Source: Phycisphaeraceae bacterium
GTDB taxonomy: Bacteria; Planctomycetota; Phycisphaerae; Phycisphaerales; Phycisphaeraceae
Reading direction: 5' to 3'
Assembly (NCBI GenBank): GCA_963674705.1
Contig: OY771506.1
Span: 3,776,001-3,840,000, forward strand
Length of the DNA stretch: 64,000 nt
The notes beneath the pieces were generated by a model. The model ran no database searches. It was not told the DNA's origin and was given only the letters and a program-made list of their open reading frames with translations. A program made the translations under genes and the position numbers. This document shows, piece after piece, positions 1-10,500 of this stretch. Numbering within the stretch: the first letter of the stretch is position 1; every line of letters begins with the position of its first letter.

Positions 1-295
1 TGAGGGCCCCGCTTATCGCCATCCAGACACGGAACAGCAGTGCGGAGAGCAGCGCCCCGGCGATGGCGGAGCCGATGACCAGCGCGAGGATGATGCCACC
101 CTGTTCGACGAGGGCTTCGCCGAGCAGCAGTCCGCCGATCCCGCCGAGGATGAGTCCACTGAAGAAGCACATGGACTTGGCGAGTTTGCTGCCGAGTATC
201 AAAAGCAAGACCCCGACAAGCAGACAGACGGCCGGCATGATGACGCCGACAGAGCCGAGTTTCTCGAGTACTTCCTGAAGCTGCTGCTGACCCAT
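1..295 (-). CDS. Multi-pass membrane protein (DUF4203-like), partial; runs off the window start
   Basis: Hand translation from ATG at 295: MGQQQLQEVLEKLGSVGVIMPAVCLLVGVLLLILGSKLAKSMCFFSGLILGGIGGLLLG...; hydrophobic helices, no stop before position 1. Confidence 0.6.
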   Translation of the reverse strand, partial: MGQQQLQEVLEKLGSVGVIMPAVCLLVGVLLLILGSKLAKSMCFFSGLILGGIGGLLLGEALVEQGGIILALVIGSAIAGALLSALLFRVWMAISGAL

Positions 296-421
296 GAATC
301 CGATCCTGGGGAGCCCGGCCCGGCGTGGGGTTGGCCGATTCTGATGCGGCTTGCCGGGGCGTGCGAATCTGACACCATCATATCGCCATAAGGCCCGCGT
401 CGCCGGTACAATGCCGGGGCT

Positions 422-1513
422 ATGAATTCCAACAATCCCGACGAACTACTGGCGCCTTTACGCAAACGCATCGACGAACTGGATCAGCAGATCATTGAGC
501 TGCTGAACGAAAGGGCGAAGGTGGTCGTTGAGGTGGGGCATGTCAAGAAGACCGGTGACAATCCGATCTATGTGCCTGAGCGTGAGCGGGTGGTGCTGGA
601 CCAGGTGCGCAAATATAACATGGGGCCGCTACCCGATGCGTGTCTTGAGGCGATCTGGCGTGAGTTGATGTCGGGCAGTTTCGCACTCGAGAGGCCGCTG
701 CGTGTGGGTTACCTGGGCCCGCCCGGATCGTTCAGCCACCTGGCGGCGCGGCGGAAGTTCGGTGCTTCTATTGAATATGACGACCTTGACAACATCGGCT
801 CGGTCTTTGAAGCGATCCACCGCGAGCACATCGACCTGGGGCTGGTCCCGATCGAGAACTCAGCGATCGGCGGTATCGGCGAGACGCTGGATGGATTTCT
901 CGAATCGGACGTCAAGGTTTGTGCGGAGGTGTTGATTAATATCCACCACAACCTGCTGGCGAACGATCCGCCGGAGAAGATCACGAAGATCTACTCGAAG
1001 CCTGAGGCATTGGGCCAATGCCGAAAGTGGCTGAGCGTGCAGATGCTTCATACGGACAAGGTGCCGGCGGCGTCGACCTCGCGTGCAGCGGAGCAGGCGT
1101 CGCAGGAGCCGGGCGCTGCGGCGATCGGATCAACGCTTGCGGCTGAAGTGTACGGCCTGAAAGTGCAGTTCCAGAACATCGAGGACAACCCGCGCAACAC
1201 GACACGGTTCTTCGTCATCGGCAAACACGCGCCGAAACCCAGCGGCGACGACAAGACCAGCATCATGTTCACGACCGAACACAAGGCCGGCTCGCTGACA
1301 GATGTGCTGGATATCTTCCGCGATTACGGCTTAAACCTGACGCACATCGACAAACGCCCCAGCCAGCGGACGAACTGGGAGTACATCTTCTTCGTCGACC
1401 TGATCGGCCACATCAACGAGTCGAACGTGCAGGAAGCGATCGCCAAGGCGAAGAGCCATTGCCTGCAGATGACGGTGCTGGGTTCATATCCCCGCGCGGC
1501 GGAGGTGTTGTAG
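422..1513 (+). CDS. pheA: Bifunctional chorismate mutase / prephenate dehydratase (P-protein)
   Basis: N-terminal AroQ (LRKRIDELDQQIIELLNERA); PDT motifs LGPPGSFSH, VPIENS, NTTRF; C-terminal ACT domain. Confidence 0.95.
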   Translation: MNSNNPDELLAPLRKRIDELDQQIIELLNERAKVVVEVGHVKKTGDNPIYVPERERVVLDQVRKYNMGPLPDACLEAIWRELMSGSFALERPLRVGYLGPPGSFSHLAARRKFGASIEYDDLDNIGSVFEAIHREHIDLGLVPIENSAIGGIGETLDGFLESDVKVCAEVLINIHHNLLANDPPEKITKIYSKPEALGQCRKWLSVQMLHTDKVPAASTSRAAEQASQEPGAAAIGSTLAAEVYGLKVQFQNIEDNPRNTTRFFVIGKHAPKPSGDDKTSIMFTTEHKAGSLTDVLDIFRDYGLNLTHIDKRPSQRTNWEYIFFVDLIGHINESNVQEAIAKAKSHCLQMTVLGSYPRAAEVL

Positions 1514-1758
1514 CAGGACATTGTGTGCTGGTCTTTTTTCGGGGTGTTGGGTGCCACAACTTGATCGCGAAGCGACAAGGTGTGCTGGTCGTAAGCACAC
1601 TTTGCTGCTGCGCAGTCAAAGTGTGGCACCCATCCCTCTACGTTCAAGGCTCATATGCTATGTTTATTGCGGAATTCCGCGTGTTTATTCCCATATCTGA
1701 AAATGCCGATAAGATAGAATTGAAGCAGAGATACGACTACTCAACGGGAGGTTCTGTC

Positions 1759-2133
1759 ATGGTCAATACCACCATCTTCGGATACGGCGGCAACGGTATT
1801 GGTTCTAGCGTTTCAGCGTCCGAATCGGCACGGGCCGCGGCTGCGGCGGGTAATGCCCAGCGTGAAGTGACATACCTGGAAGACCGGCTCGAGCGGTTGA
1901 GCCTGGTGTGCATGGCCATGTGGTCACTGATCCAGGACAAGACCAACCTTTCGGAAGAAGACCTGATGGAGCGGGTCAAGATGATTGACTTGATGGACGG
2001 CGTAGAAGATGGCAAAGCGTCGAAGGGGGTCCAGAAGTGTCATGCGTGTAATCGCACGATGTCACCTAAGCATCAGAAGTGTTTGTACTGCGGCGCGGAG
2101 AAGCTGGCGCAGAGCGCGTTTGATCGGATTTAA
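1759..2133 (+). CDS. Hypothetical protein with C-terminal zinc ribbon
   Basis: GGGAG SD before ATG 1759; coiled-coil-like middle; CHAC...CLYCG. Confidence 0.7.
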   Translation: MVNTTIFGYGGNGIGSSVSASESARAAAAAGNAQREVTYLEDRLERLSLVCMAMWSLIQDKTNLSEEDLMERVKMIDLMDGVEDGKASKGVQKCHACNRTMSPKHQKCLYCGAEKLAQSAFDRI

Positions 2134-2142
2134 GGGCTAGCC

Positions 2143-2691
2143 ATGTTGAAGATCCGACAAACTGTTACATCGGATGAACAGGCTATTCACCAAGTGCATG
2201 AAGCTGCGTTTGGTGGAGAGGCCGGGCATGTAATTGCGGGCCTGACGCTTGAGTTGCTTCATGACCCGACAGCGGAGCCGTTGCTTTCGTTGTTGGCGTG
2301 GGATGGGGCGGATGCGGTTGGGCATGTGATATTCACGAGTGTGCGTATTGAAGGCGCGGCGTCCTCGCCGGTTGCTCATATTCTTGCGCCGCTTGCGGTG
2401 TTGCCGGGCAGGCAGCGGGAGGGTATTGGTACCCAAATCGTGCAAAGCGGATTGGACATGCTTAAGGATATGGGATCGGAGCTTGTTTTTGTTTTGGGGC
2501 ATCCCGAGTATTACCCGCGTTTTGGATTCAGGCCGGCGGGTGTGCTTGGGCTTTCGGCACCGTACCCGATTCATGAGAAGAACGCGGATGCGTGGATGGT
2601 GCTTGTGCTGCGCGAGGGGGTGATCGGGAACGTCAGGGGGACAGTGCGGTGTGCGCAGTCGCTGGATAAAGAAGAATACTGGGTTGAATGA
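2143..2691 (+). CDS. GNAT family N-acetyltransferase (YhbS-like)
   Basis: LAPLAVLPGRQREGIG and VLGHPEYYPRFGF motifs. Confidence 0.9.
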   Translation: MLKIRQTVTSDEQAIHQVHEAAFGGEAGHVIAGLTLELLHDPTAEPLLSLLAWDGADAVGHVIFTSVRIEGAASSPVAHILAPLAVLPGRQREGIGTQIVQSGLDMLKDMGSELVFVLGHPEYYPRFGFRPAGVLGLSAPYPIHEKNADAWMVLVLREGVIGNVRGTVRCAQSLDKEEYWVE

Positions 2692-2721
2692 GTGTGGATT
2701 GAACGGCTCCTATTCACACAC

Positions 2722-2751
2722 AAAAAGCCCACGTTCGGCGAACGTGGGCTT
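2722..2751 (-). terminator. Intrinsic terminator downstream of mscS
   Basis: Perfect 12-bp stem aagcccacgttc/gaacgtgggctt, followed by a T-run on the minus strand; lies between convergent genes. Confidence 0.75.
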
Positions 2752-2792
2752 CGGGTGGTGTTGATTGTGTGTTAGTGTTTGTGGTGGGCGGT

Positions 2793-3722
2793 TTACTCGC
2801 TCTTGTCGAGGTGGACGTCCATCTGCGGGAAGGGGATGCCGATGCCAGCTTCGTCGAGGTGCATCTTTACGGCGCGGGTGGTTTTTTCCTTGATCCCCCA
2901 GTAATCGGCGGCGGGGCACCAGACACGGACGGTCCAGTTCACGGATGAATCGCCGAGGTCACCGAGCACGATCGCGTGCGCCGGATCGCTGAGGATGCCT
3001 TCAACACTCTGGGCAGCCTTGTCGAGCACTTCGCGTGTCTTGTCGATGTCAGCCGAGTATTCAACACCCACATTGACGTCGACGCGTCGGGTACCATGGT
3101 GGGTGATGTTCTCGATGGTAGCGCCGTAGATTGAGCCGTTGGGGACGATGATGCGGCGGTTGTCCGGGGTGTCCAGCGCTGTGGTGAACAGTTCGATCTC
3201 GTAGACCTTGCCGATGACGCCCGCGGCGTTGATAACATCACCGACCTTGAACGGGCGGAAGACCAGGAGCATGACGCCGGAGGCGAAGTGGCCGAGTGTG
3301 CCGGACAGGGCCATACCGATAGCGAAGCCGGCGGCGGCGATGATGGCGGCAAACGCGGTGACTTCCACACCCAACCGGCCCAGTGCGATGATCACGCCCA
3401 GTGTCAGGACCGAATACTTTGCCATCTTGCCGAAGAAACGGGCGAGGGTTTCATCGATCTTGGCCTTGGTCAGCGAGCCGCGCACGCTGCGGTTGGCGAT
3501 GCCGGCGATGAAGTAGGCCACGATCAGGATAATCAGGGCCCAGATCAATGGCAGGCCGTAATTCTGGAACAGCTCGGACATTTTTTCAGGTGTGAAGTAG
3601 GTGCCGACGTCCTGCATGGTCATATTTTCGATACCGCTTTTGGCACCTTCCGCGGTTTGTGCCACTTCTTCGGTTGTTTCGGCAGCAGTATCTGCAGCCT
3701 GTGCGAGAATGGTCATCAACAT
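2793..3722 (-). CDS. mscS: Small-conductance mechanosensitive channel
   Basis: AIIAAAGFAIGMALSGTLGHFASG, RPFKVGD, IPFPQMDVHL. Confidence 0.93.
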   Translation of the reverse strand: MLMTILAQAADTAAETTEEVAQTAEGAKSGIENMTMQDVGTYFTPEKMSELFQNYGLPLIWALIILIVAYFIAGIANRSVRGSLTKAKIDETLARFFGKMAKYSVLTLGVIIALGRLGVEVTAFAAIIAAAGFAIGMALSGTLGHFASGVMLLVFRPFKVGDVINAAGVIGKVYEIELFTTALDTPDNRRIIVPNGSIYGATIENITHHGTRRVDVNVGVEYSADIDKTREVLDKAAQSVEGILSDPAHAIVLGDLGDSSVNWTVRVWCPAADYWGIKEKTTRAVKMHLDEAGIGIPFPQMDVHLDKSE

Positions 3723-3822
3723 GTATAGGTCTCCGTGGTAAAGTACGGTGTACGTATAGAGTGAGAGAATTTAAACCGCCTGGGGAATATACTTACCCCG
3801 GGGCACATTGTAATCAGGTGTT

Positions 3823-4893
3823 ATGTTCACTGTAAAGCGGATCAATTTGTGCCGGTTGACGATCGTGATGAGTTTCACGATTGCTTTGTATGCAGGCATG
3901 ACATCTGCACAGCAGCCGAAAGTTGCTGAGGCAAGATTTACGGCGAAAGATACAGTCCGTCAGTGGGCCGATAAGAAGCCTGAAACCGACACATTTCTAA
4001 AGAATATCCAATGGGAACCGGGAGCGTTTGAGGTGCGTTGCACCGCGACGCCGGGGTTGAGGTATGACGCGCTGGTGCGGTTTGAATCGCCGGTGAAGAC
4101 CGGGGATCGCTGGCTCGATGAAGTCGTGCTTGTCTGGTATGCGGCACGTGGCGAGGATGGCAAGGCCATCGAAGCGCCGGCCGTGCTGATGGTGCATTCG
4201 CTTCATCCCCGGATGATCGTGGCGGACCAACTGGCTCAGCAGTTCGCCAAGCAGGGGTTGCATACGTTTGTCATCCAGATGCCGGGATACGGTTTTCGTT
4301 GGGACAAACTGCGGCGTTACCCGGGGACGACAACACTGATCAACGGCCGACAAACCATTGCGGATTGCCTGCGGGCAAAGGATGCGATTTCCGTGTTGCC
4401 GAACATCAAGCAAGGCCCGATCGCATTACAGGGAACGAGCCTGGGTGGATTCGTCGCGGCGACGGTCGGCGGGGTCGACCCGTCATTCAAACCGGTCGTG
4501 CTGCTGATCAGCGGTGCGGATGGTTACAGCACGCTGACGAACGGTCAGCATGACGCGATGTATCTGCGTAATGCGTTATCGCAGCTTGGATATCAGGGGG
4601 AATCCTTGCGTGATCTGCTCGATCCGGTTGAACCGTTGCATGTCGCTCAACGGCTTGACCCGGCTCAGACGTGGATGATTAACGCCAGGGATGATCAGAC
4701 GATCCCGCGAGCGAACAGCGACGCGCTGGCTGAGGCTATCGGGCTGGATGATGAACACCGATTGTGGGTCAACGCGAACCATTACACTGCGGCGTTATTG
4801 TTGAAGCCGGTGACGGAGAAGATGGTTCAGATCATCAAGGGCGAGGAAGTGGAGGCGGAGATTACTGTACCGGTATTTGGAGGTTCGCAGTAA
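3823..4893 (+). CDS. Secreted alpha/beta hydrolase
   Basis: Signal-peptide-like N-terminus; GTSLGG nucleophile elbow; D (DDQTIP) and H (ANHY) triad candidates; start may be 3868. Confidence 0.75.
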   Translation: MFTVKRINLCRLTIVMSFTIALYAGMTSAQQPKVAEARFTAKDTVRQWADKKPETDTFLKNIQWEPGAFEVRCTATPGLRYDALVRFESPVKTGDRWLDEVVLVWYAARGEDGKAIEAPAVLMVHSLHPRMIVADQLAQQFAKQGLHTFVIQMPGYGFRWDKLRRYPGTTTLINGRQTIADCLRAKDAISVLPNIKQGPIALQGTSLGGFVAATVGGVDPSFKPVVLLISGADGYSTLTNGQHDAMYLRNALSQLGYQGESLRDLLDPVEPLHVAQRLDPAQTWMINARDDQTIPRANSDALAEAIGLDDEHRLWVNANHYTAALLLKPVTEKMVQIIKGEEVEAEITVPVFGGSQ

Positions 4894-5404
4894 ATTCTTC
4901 GACCGTCATGCTGCTGGCGGAAGCATCGAGTAGCGCGACGTTGATCGAATCCGATGCGTGCCAACCGGCGACGGCATCGAACACCAGCACGAGGCTGACG
5001 GGCCGGGCGGAGATCAGGTCTTTACCAGACAGCGCACATTCCGGGTGATCGAATGCGACGGCGAAGAGGTCTCGCCATTCATAGCTTGTGCCGAAGTCCT
5101 CGTCGTAACCGTCCACGTCGTCCGGGCACAGGTAGACCTTGTCGATTTTCAGGTAGGGCCAGATGAGTGCATCCCAGGTTTCGTCGGCGTAATCATCTGG
5201 ACCGAAACCATCATTGTCCTGAGCGTAGACGGTAAACGCGGTGGATATCTGATGGAGGTTGGAGAGGCAGGTCGCTTTTCTTTGCGATGCTTTGGCGGCG
5301 GCAAGAGCGGGTAAAAGCAGGCCGACCAAAATCGCGATCACGACGATCACGATGATCAACTCGACCATCGTATAGCCTCGATGACCATACCGATTCGTTT
5401 TCAT
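4862..5404 (-). CDS. Prepilin-type N-terminal cleavage/methylation protein (DUF1559-like, planctomycete type)
   Basis: G|YTMVELIIVIVVIAILVGLLLPAL, CLSNLHQI, C-terminal H..SINVALLD motif. Confidence 0.85.
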   Translation of the reverse strand: MKTNRYGHRGYTMVELIIVIVVIAILVGLLLPALAAAKASQRKATCLSNLHQISTAFTVYAQDNDGFGPDDYADETWDALIWPYLKIDKVYLCPDDVDGYDEDFGTSYEWRDLFAVAFDHPECALSGKDLISARPVSLVLVFDAVAGWHASDSINVALLDASASSMTVEEFTANLQIPVQ

Positions 5405-5417
5405 ATTTTGTTTGGTC

Positions 5418-5879
5418 TTACTGGGATTTGGCGACCAGTTTACCGCTGAGTTGACCACCTTTGTAAGGGCCTCTTGTGACGGTGGCGGTATAGTTGGTTG
5501 TTAACTTCCAGACCCCGGCGCGTGTTTTTTGAATACGGACACGCGCGGTGAGTTTACCTTTGCTGTTGCCGTCGTCGTCTTTAATCAGCAAGGTTCCGGT
5601 CGCGTTCATGGTCTGCGTGCTCTGACGGGTGACGCGCTCGCTGAGCACGAGTTTGAAGATGGCTTCGCCATCACTGCTGACACCGGTGATTTTATTGCCG
5701 GATAACGTCAGCGAACCTGCATCTCGCGCCGCTTCGGTGATGCCTTGGTAGGTTTCCGAGCCGGTCAGACGGTATGAATATGCGCCTTGGGCCCGGGCCC
5801 GTTTGGCAGCGGCGTCGACAGGCAGGCACAGCATCGCAATAGCAAGAATGCTAAATAACAGGGGCAGTTTGTGTTTCAT
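5418..5879 (-). CDS. Hypothetical secreted basic beta-rich protein
   Basis: GGAGG SD; signal peptide MKHKLPLLFSILAIAMLCLPVDA. Confidence 0.7.
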   Translation of the reverse strand: MKHKLPLLFSILAIAMLCLPVDAAAKRARAQGAYSYRLTGSETYQGITEAARDAGSLTLSGNKITGVSSDGEAIFKLVLSERVTRQSTQTMNATGTLLIKDDDGNSKGKLTARVRIQKTRAGVWKLTTNYTATVTRGPYKGGQLSGKLVAKSQ

Positions 5880-5967
5880 GTCGGGCCTCCAAAAGGTATA
5901 TAAATCTTATTATCTACCGAGGGGCCGATAAGTCAATAAAAACCGGTGGTTTTCACCGAGAACTTAC

Positions 5968-7245
5968 TTAACTGCTTGGCTCGACAGCCGTAGCGCTTTG
6001 CATGCGGGTGCGCAGGTGGTCCAGCACGTTCATGTAGTTGATGTAGCTGTCGTAGGGCGATTCGTATGGGTTGAAGTACTTATGGACCGCGCCGTCGGCG
6101 AAGTACTTGGTGCACATGTAGTAGAAGTGGTCGCTGGTGGTGAGGGTGCGCCAGTCGGAGAGCAGTTTGGGATCGCCCTTTTTCTTGATCTGTTCTTCGA
6201 GGCGGTACAGCTCATGCAGGGCGCTGGACTGCATGGCATTGCCCAGCCAGGCGCTGAGGTCGCGTTCGGTGTCGGCCCAGGAGGTCATCTGCTTGACATC
6301 GTAGACGCCGATGGGCTCGTAGTTTTCGATGGTTTCGCTGGGGGTGTGGATGTGGATGCCGCGTTCGAGTATGTGGCCGGGCAGTGCGGACATGAACTCG
6401 AAGATGCCGGTCTCCTGCCACTGGTGTTCGCCGAGGGTTTCGTAGTCGATGAAGAGGTTGATGGTTTCGCCATCTTCTTTGTGAAGCGCCGTGGCGAGCC
6501 AGTCGGCGTACTTTTCGGCGGTCAGCGGCCATTCGCTCCACTCGTGGTTGCTGAAGCGGAACGCGATGTCATCAGACAAACGGTAGTTCTTCAACAGGAT
6601 CGGAAGCTGCGGGCAGTCCGGCGGGGTGAAGAGGTGGTTCGGCGATCGACCTTCAAGGGATTGCTCCACGCCTTCAGCGAGTACGCCCGTGAACCGGCCC
6701 ATCCACGCTATGTGGGCGGCCAGTTCGTTGTTGTAGATCAACTCGGTATTACGGAAGACGGACGGCGTCTGGCCGAACTGGTCCTCGATCAGGCGGGTGT
6801 GCAGGTCAACCTGCTGGTTAAATTCATCCTTGCTGTAAAGGAAGGCGAGGCTGTGGTGGTAGGTTTCAGCGAGGAACTCGCAGCAGCCGGTATCGACCAG
6901 CTCGCGGAATTGCTCAAGCACCTCGGGGGCGTACATTTTCAGTTGCTCGATCACGCTGCCGGTCAGTGAGAATCCGACGCGGAAGTTGCCCTCGTGGCGT
7001 TGAACGAGGCTGAGCATCAGCTTGGTGGCGGGCAGGTAGCACTTGTTGGCGACCTTGCGGATGATGTGGCTGTTGCGTGGGGCGTCGAAGTACTGGGCAT
7101 CGGCATCAAAGACGCTGTAACGGCGCAGGCGACGTGGCTGGTGCAATTGGAAGTAAAAACATACAGACGCCATACCGGTGTGCTCCGGTGCTGTTACGGG
7201 TGCTACGGGTTCAACCGGCTTTAAACCGGTACTGCCCGACGCCAT
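5968..7245 (-). CDS. Glycoside hydrolase family 57 (alpha-amylase-like)
   Basis: HQP, ETYHHSL, FRNTEL, DYETLGEH, SDHFYYM motifs. Confidence 0.93.
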   Translation of the reverse strand: MASGSTGLKPVEPVAPVTAPEHTGMASVCFYFQLHQPRRLRRYSVFDADAQYFDAPRNSHIIRKVANKCYLPATKLMLSLVQRHEGNFRVGFSLTGSVIEQLKMYAPEVLEQFRELVDTGCCEFLAETYHHSLAFLYSKDEFNQQVDLHTRLIEDQFGQTPSVFRNTELIYNNELAAHIAWMGRFTGVLAEGVEQSLEGRSPNHLFTPPDCPQLPILLKNYRLSDDIAFRFSNHEWSEWPLTAEKYADWLATALHKEDGETINLFIDYETLGEHQWQETGIFEFMSALPGHILERGIHIHTPSETIENYEPIGVYDVKQMTSWADTERDLSAWLGNAMQSSALHELYRLEEQIKKKGDPKLLSDWRTLTTSDHFYYMCTKYFADGAVHKYFNPYESPYDSYINYMNVLDHLRTRMQSATAVEPSS

Positions 7246-7553
7246 TGTCTACACAAGTGGAGGTAATGCAACTATTGAATTTTTTCAAACGTTTTTGGGC
7301 CGGGTAATTATGGATTACCAGTGTTGCTGAAGATCATCGAGCTGAGGCGGGCGTAGGTCAGGTAGCTGTAGCCTTAGCCGTGCAGGTCCATCAGCTTGTA
7401 TCGGGAGCAGATACGCAAAAAACAGGTGGATTGACAGTCAGGCGATCCAGCGCAGGCCCTGCCTTGGTCTGCCAGTGAGGCATCGGCTATACTCCCAAAC
7501 CCGTTTCAGGACGCCACCTATTGAACCTGAGAGGGTAAACGGAACGTTTAACC

Positions 7554-10500
7554 ATGCTTACAGCCAGTGAAATCCGACAGCAGTACCTGGACTACTTCGC
7601 CGACAAGTGCGGCCACACCGTCGTGCCCTCGAGCCCGGTCGTGCCCCACGACGATCCGACGCTATTGTTCGCCAACGCCGGGATGAACCAGTTCAAGCCG
7701 TACTTCCTGGGTACGGAACAGCCGCCGTACCACCGGGCCGTGGATACGCAGAAGTGCATCAGGGCCGGCGGCAAGCACAATGACCTGGAAGATGTGGGTA
7801 AGGACACATACCACCACACGTTCTTCGAGATGCTCGGTAACTGGTCGTTCGGGGACTACTTCAAGAAGGAAGCCATCGACTGGGCGTGGGATTTGCTGAC
7901 CAAGGTCTGGAAGATCGACCCCGAGAGGTTGCACGCGACCTACTTCGAGGGTGATAAGTCCGAGGGGCTGGAGCCGGACATCGAGGCCCGCGACCTCTGG
8001 CTGCGCTACCTCCCGACCGAGCGCGTGCACCCGGGCAACAAGAAAGACAACTTCTGGGAAATGGGCGACACCGGCCCGTGCGGCCCGTGTTCGGAAATCC
8101 ACTACGACCGAACCCCCGACAAGAGCGGCGCGAAACTCGTCAACGCCGATGGACAGGACAGCGTGGTCGAGATCTGGAACCTGGTGTTCATCCAGTTCAA
8201 TCGTGGCACGGATGGCAAACTCACACCGCTGCCGGCCAAGCACGTCGACACGGGCATGGGCTTTGAGCGCATCGTGCGCGTGTTGCAAGGCAAAGACTCG
8301 AACTACGACACGGATGTGTTTACGCCGTTGTTCGAGGCGATCCGGAAGGTGACGGGTGCGAAGCCGTACAGCGGATCGATGGAAGACCACACGGATATCG
8401 CGTATCGCATCCTGGCGGACCATATCCGTTGTTTGACGATCGCCCTGACGGACGGGGCGGTGCCGAGCAATGAAGGGCGCGGGTATGTGTTGCGTCGCAT
8501 CCTCCGCCGCGCAGTGCGCCACGGCCGACAGACATTCGGGATGAACGAGCCGTTCTTTTACAAACTCGTGGACGCCGTCGTCGACCTGATGGGCGATGCG
8601 TTCCCCGAACTAAAGAAGAACCCCAAAGATGTGGCGGAGCTGATCAAGGAAGAAGAGGTCAGCTTTGGGAAGACGATTGATCGGGGGATCGCGCTGTTTG
8701 AACAGGCTGCATATATGGGTATTTCACAGGCCCTTGATACAGGCATGATGCAATATGATCTAAAAGAGCACCATATCTATGTCCCAGAAGAAGATATGCT
8801 CTCAAAACTCGAACCGAAAGAAAAATATCGCTATCGAGTTAAATTAACACTGAAAAATGACAGTGTGATTGAATTTGAAATACCAATGGGTGATGTTGCC
8901 GCGCAGCGTGAGGTACTACTTGCTCATCCTGAATTCCCATGGCAAATATCTGCTGAAGACGCCTTCATGCTCTACGACACCTACGGCTTCCCGCTGGACC
9001 TGACGCAGGTGATGGCGGAGGAGCGGGGGATGAGTGTGGATGTGGCGGGGTTTGAGAAGCTGATGGACGAGGCTCGCGAGAAGTCACGTGCCGGCGGCGG
9101 TGGCGGTGATGCGCGACAGTCGCTGGTGGAGATCGTGCAGAAGGGCGGTTTGCCGACGACGGAATTTGTCGGGTATGAGAAGACGGAGTTGCCCGCGTTC
9201 CAGACGGCGCTGCATGTGTATCGCGTGGGCACGAACTGCGGGATGTACAAGCAGGCGGAGCAGGTCGAGGCGGGTAAGCCATGTGCGGTGGTGGTCGAGA
9301 AGACGCCGTTCTATGCTGAGGCCGGCGGTCAGGTCGGCGATGTCGGCGTGATGCAAGTGGACGGCGGCGCACGTGTGAAGATCACGGACACGATCAAGGT
9401 TGGGGATGTGACGTTCCATCTTGGCGAAGTTGTAGCTGGCACGTTGAAGCCGGCTTCCACAGCGAAGGTTGCGCTGGCGGTCGACAAGGTTCGGCGGATG
9501 AAGATCATGGCCAACCACACGACGACGCACGTGATGAACCGCGCGTTGCGTAACCATGTCAATAAGGAGGCCGATCAGAAGGGGTCACTCGTTGACGATC
9601 AGAAGCTGCGTTTCGACTTCTCGCACAAGGCGGCGCTGACCGAGGAAGAGCTTGCGAAGGTTGAGCAGCAGGTCAACGACGATATCGCGAAGGATTTGCC
9701 CGTTTATACCGATCACGTGCCGCAGAAGAAGGCGTTGAAGATCAACGGCTTGCGTGCGGTGTTCGGCGAGAAGTATCCCGACATCGTGCGCGTGGTGAGT
9801 ATAGGCGTGCCGGTGGATGATCTTGTGAATAAGCCGGGCAACAAGGAGTGGGCGGATTACAGCATCGAGTTCTGCGGCGGGACGCACCTGCCGAAGACGG
9901 GAGATGCGGAAGGTTTCTGCATCGTCAGCCAGGAAGCGGTCAGCAAGGGCGTGCGTCGTGTGACAGCGCTCACCGGTTCAGAAGCACACAAGGCGACGGC
10001 TGAGGCGGACATGCTGGTGCATCGAGCCGAATCGTTATTGTCAGCATCTCCGGAGTCGCTTGCTGAGCAGATCGAGGCGATCACCAAGACGGCGGATGGT
10101 TCGACCTTGCCGGTGGTATCGCGAAATCGATTGCGTGCGTTGATGACGGAGCTATCGCAGAAGCTCAAGCAGTTCCAGAAAGAACAAGGCAGCCAGGCGG
10201 AGGAGGCTGTGGTTGATTCCGCGCGCAAGATCGCGGATGAGTCGGCCGGCCCGGTCATCGTGGCGCAGGTTCCCAATGCGGATGGCAAGACGCTGCGTAA
10301 CGCGATGGATGTCATTCGCAAGAAACATCCCGAAGCGGCGATCTTCCTGGCAGCCGACAGCGAAGGCAAAGTCGCGTTGATGGCGACGGTTGCGAAGGAT
10401 CTGATCGGCAAGGGCCTGAAGGCGGGAGACTGGATCAAGCAGGTCGCGCCGGTTGTAGGCGGCGGCGGCGGTGGTCGGCCGGACAGCGCGCAGGCCGGCG

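Noticed and set aside
1459..1758. N-terminal extensions in the ORF track (also birA, ygeY, tkt, the dehydrogenase and the ThuA fusion)
   Set aside because: They overlap neighbouring genes or promoters and lack homology-like content; downstream starts have SD or -10 support.
7398..7422. Terminator between GH57 and alaS
   Set aside because: Short gtatc/gatac hairpin with the T-run on the wrong side, in a divergent promoter region.
8706..8955. Intein or intron in alaS
   Set aside because: No N-terminal Cys/Ser with C-terminal His-Asn splice motifs, no stop codons and no recognisable intron structure; it is a plain in-frame insertion.
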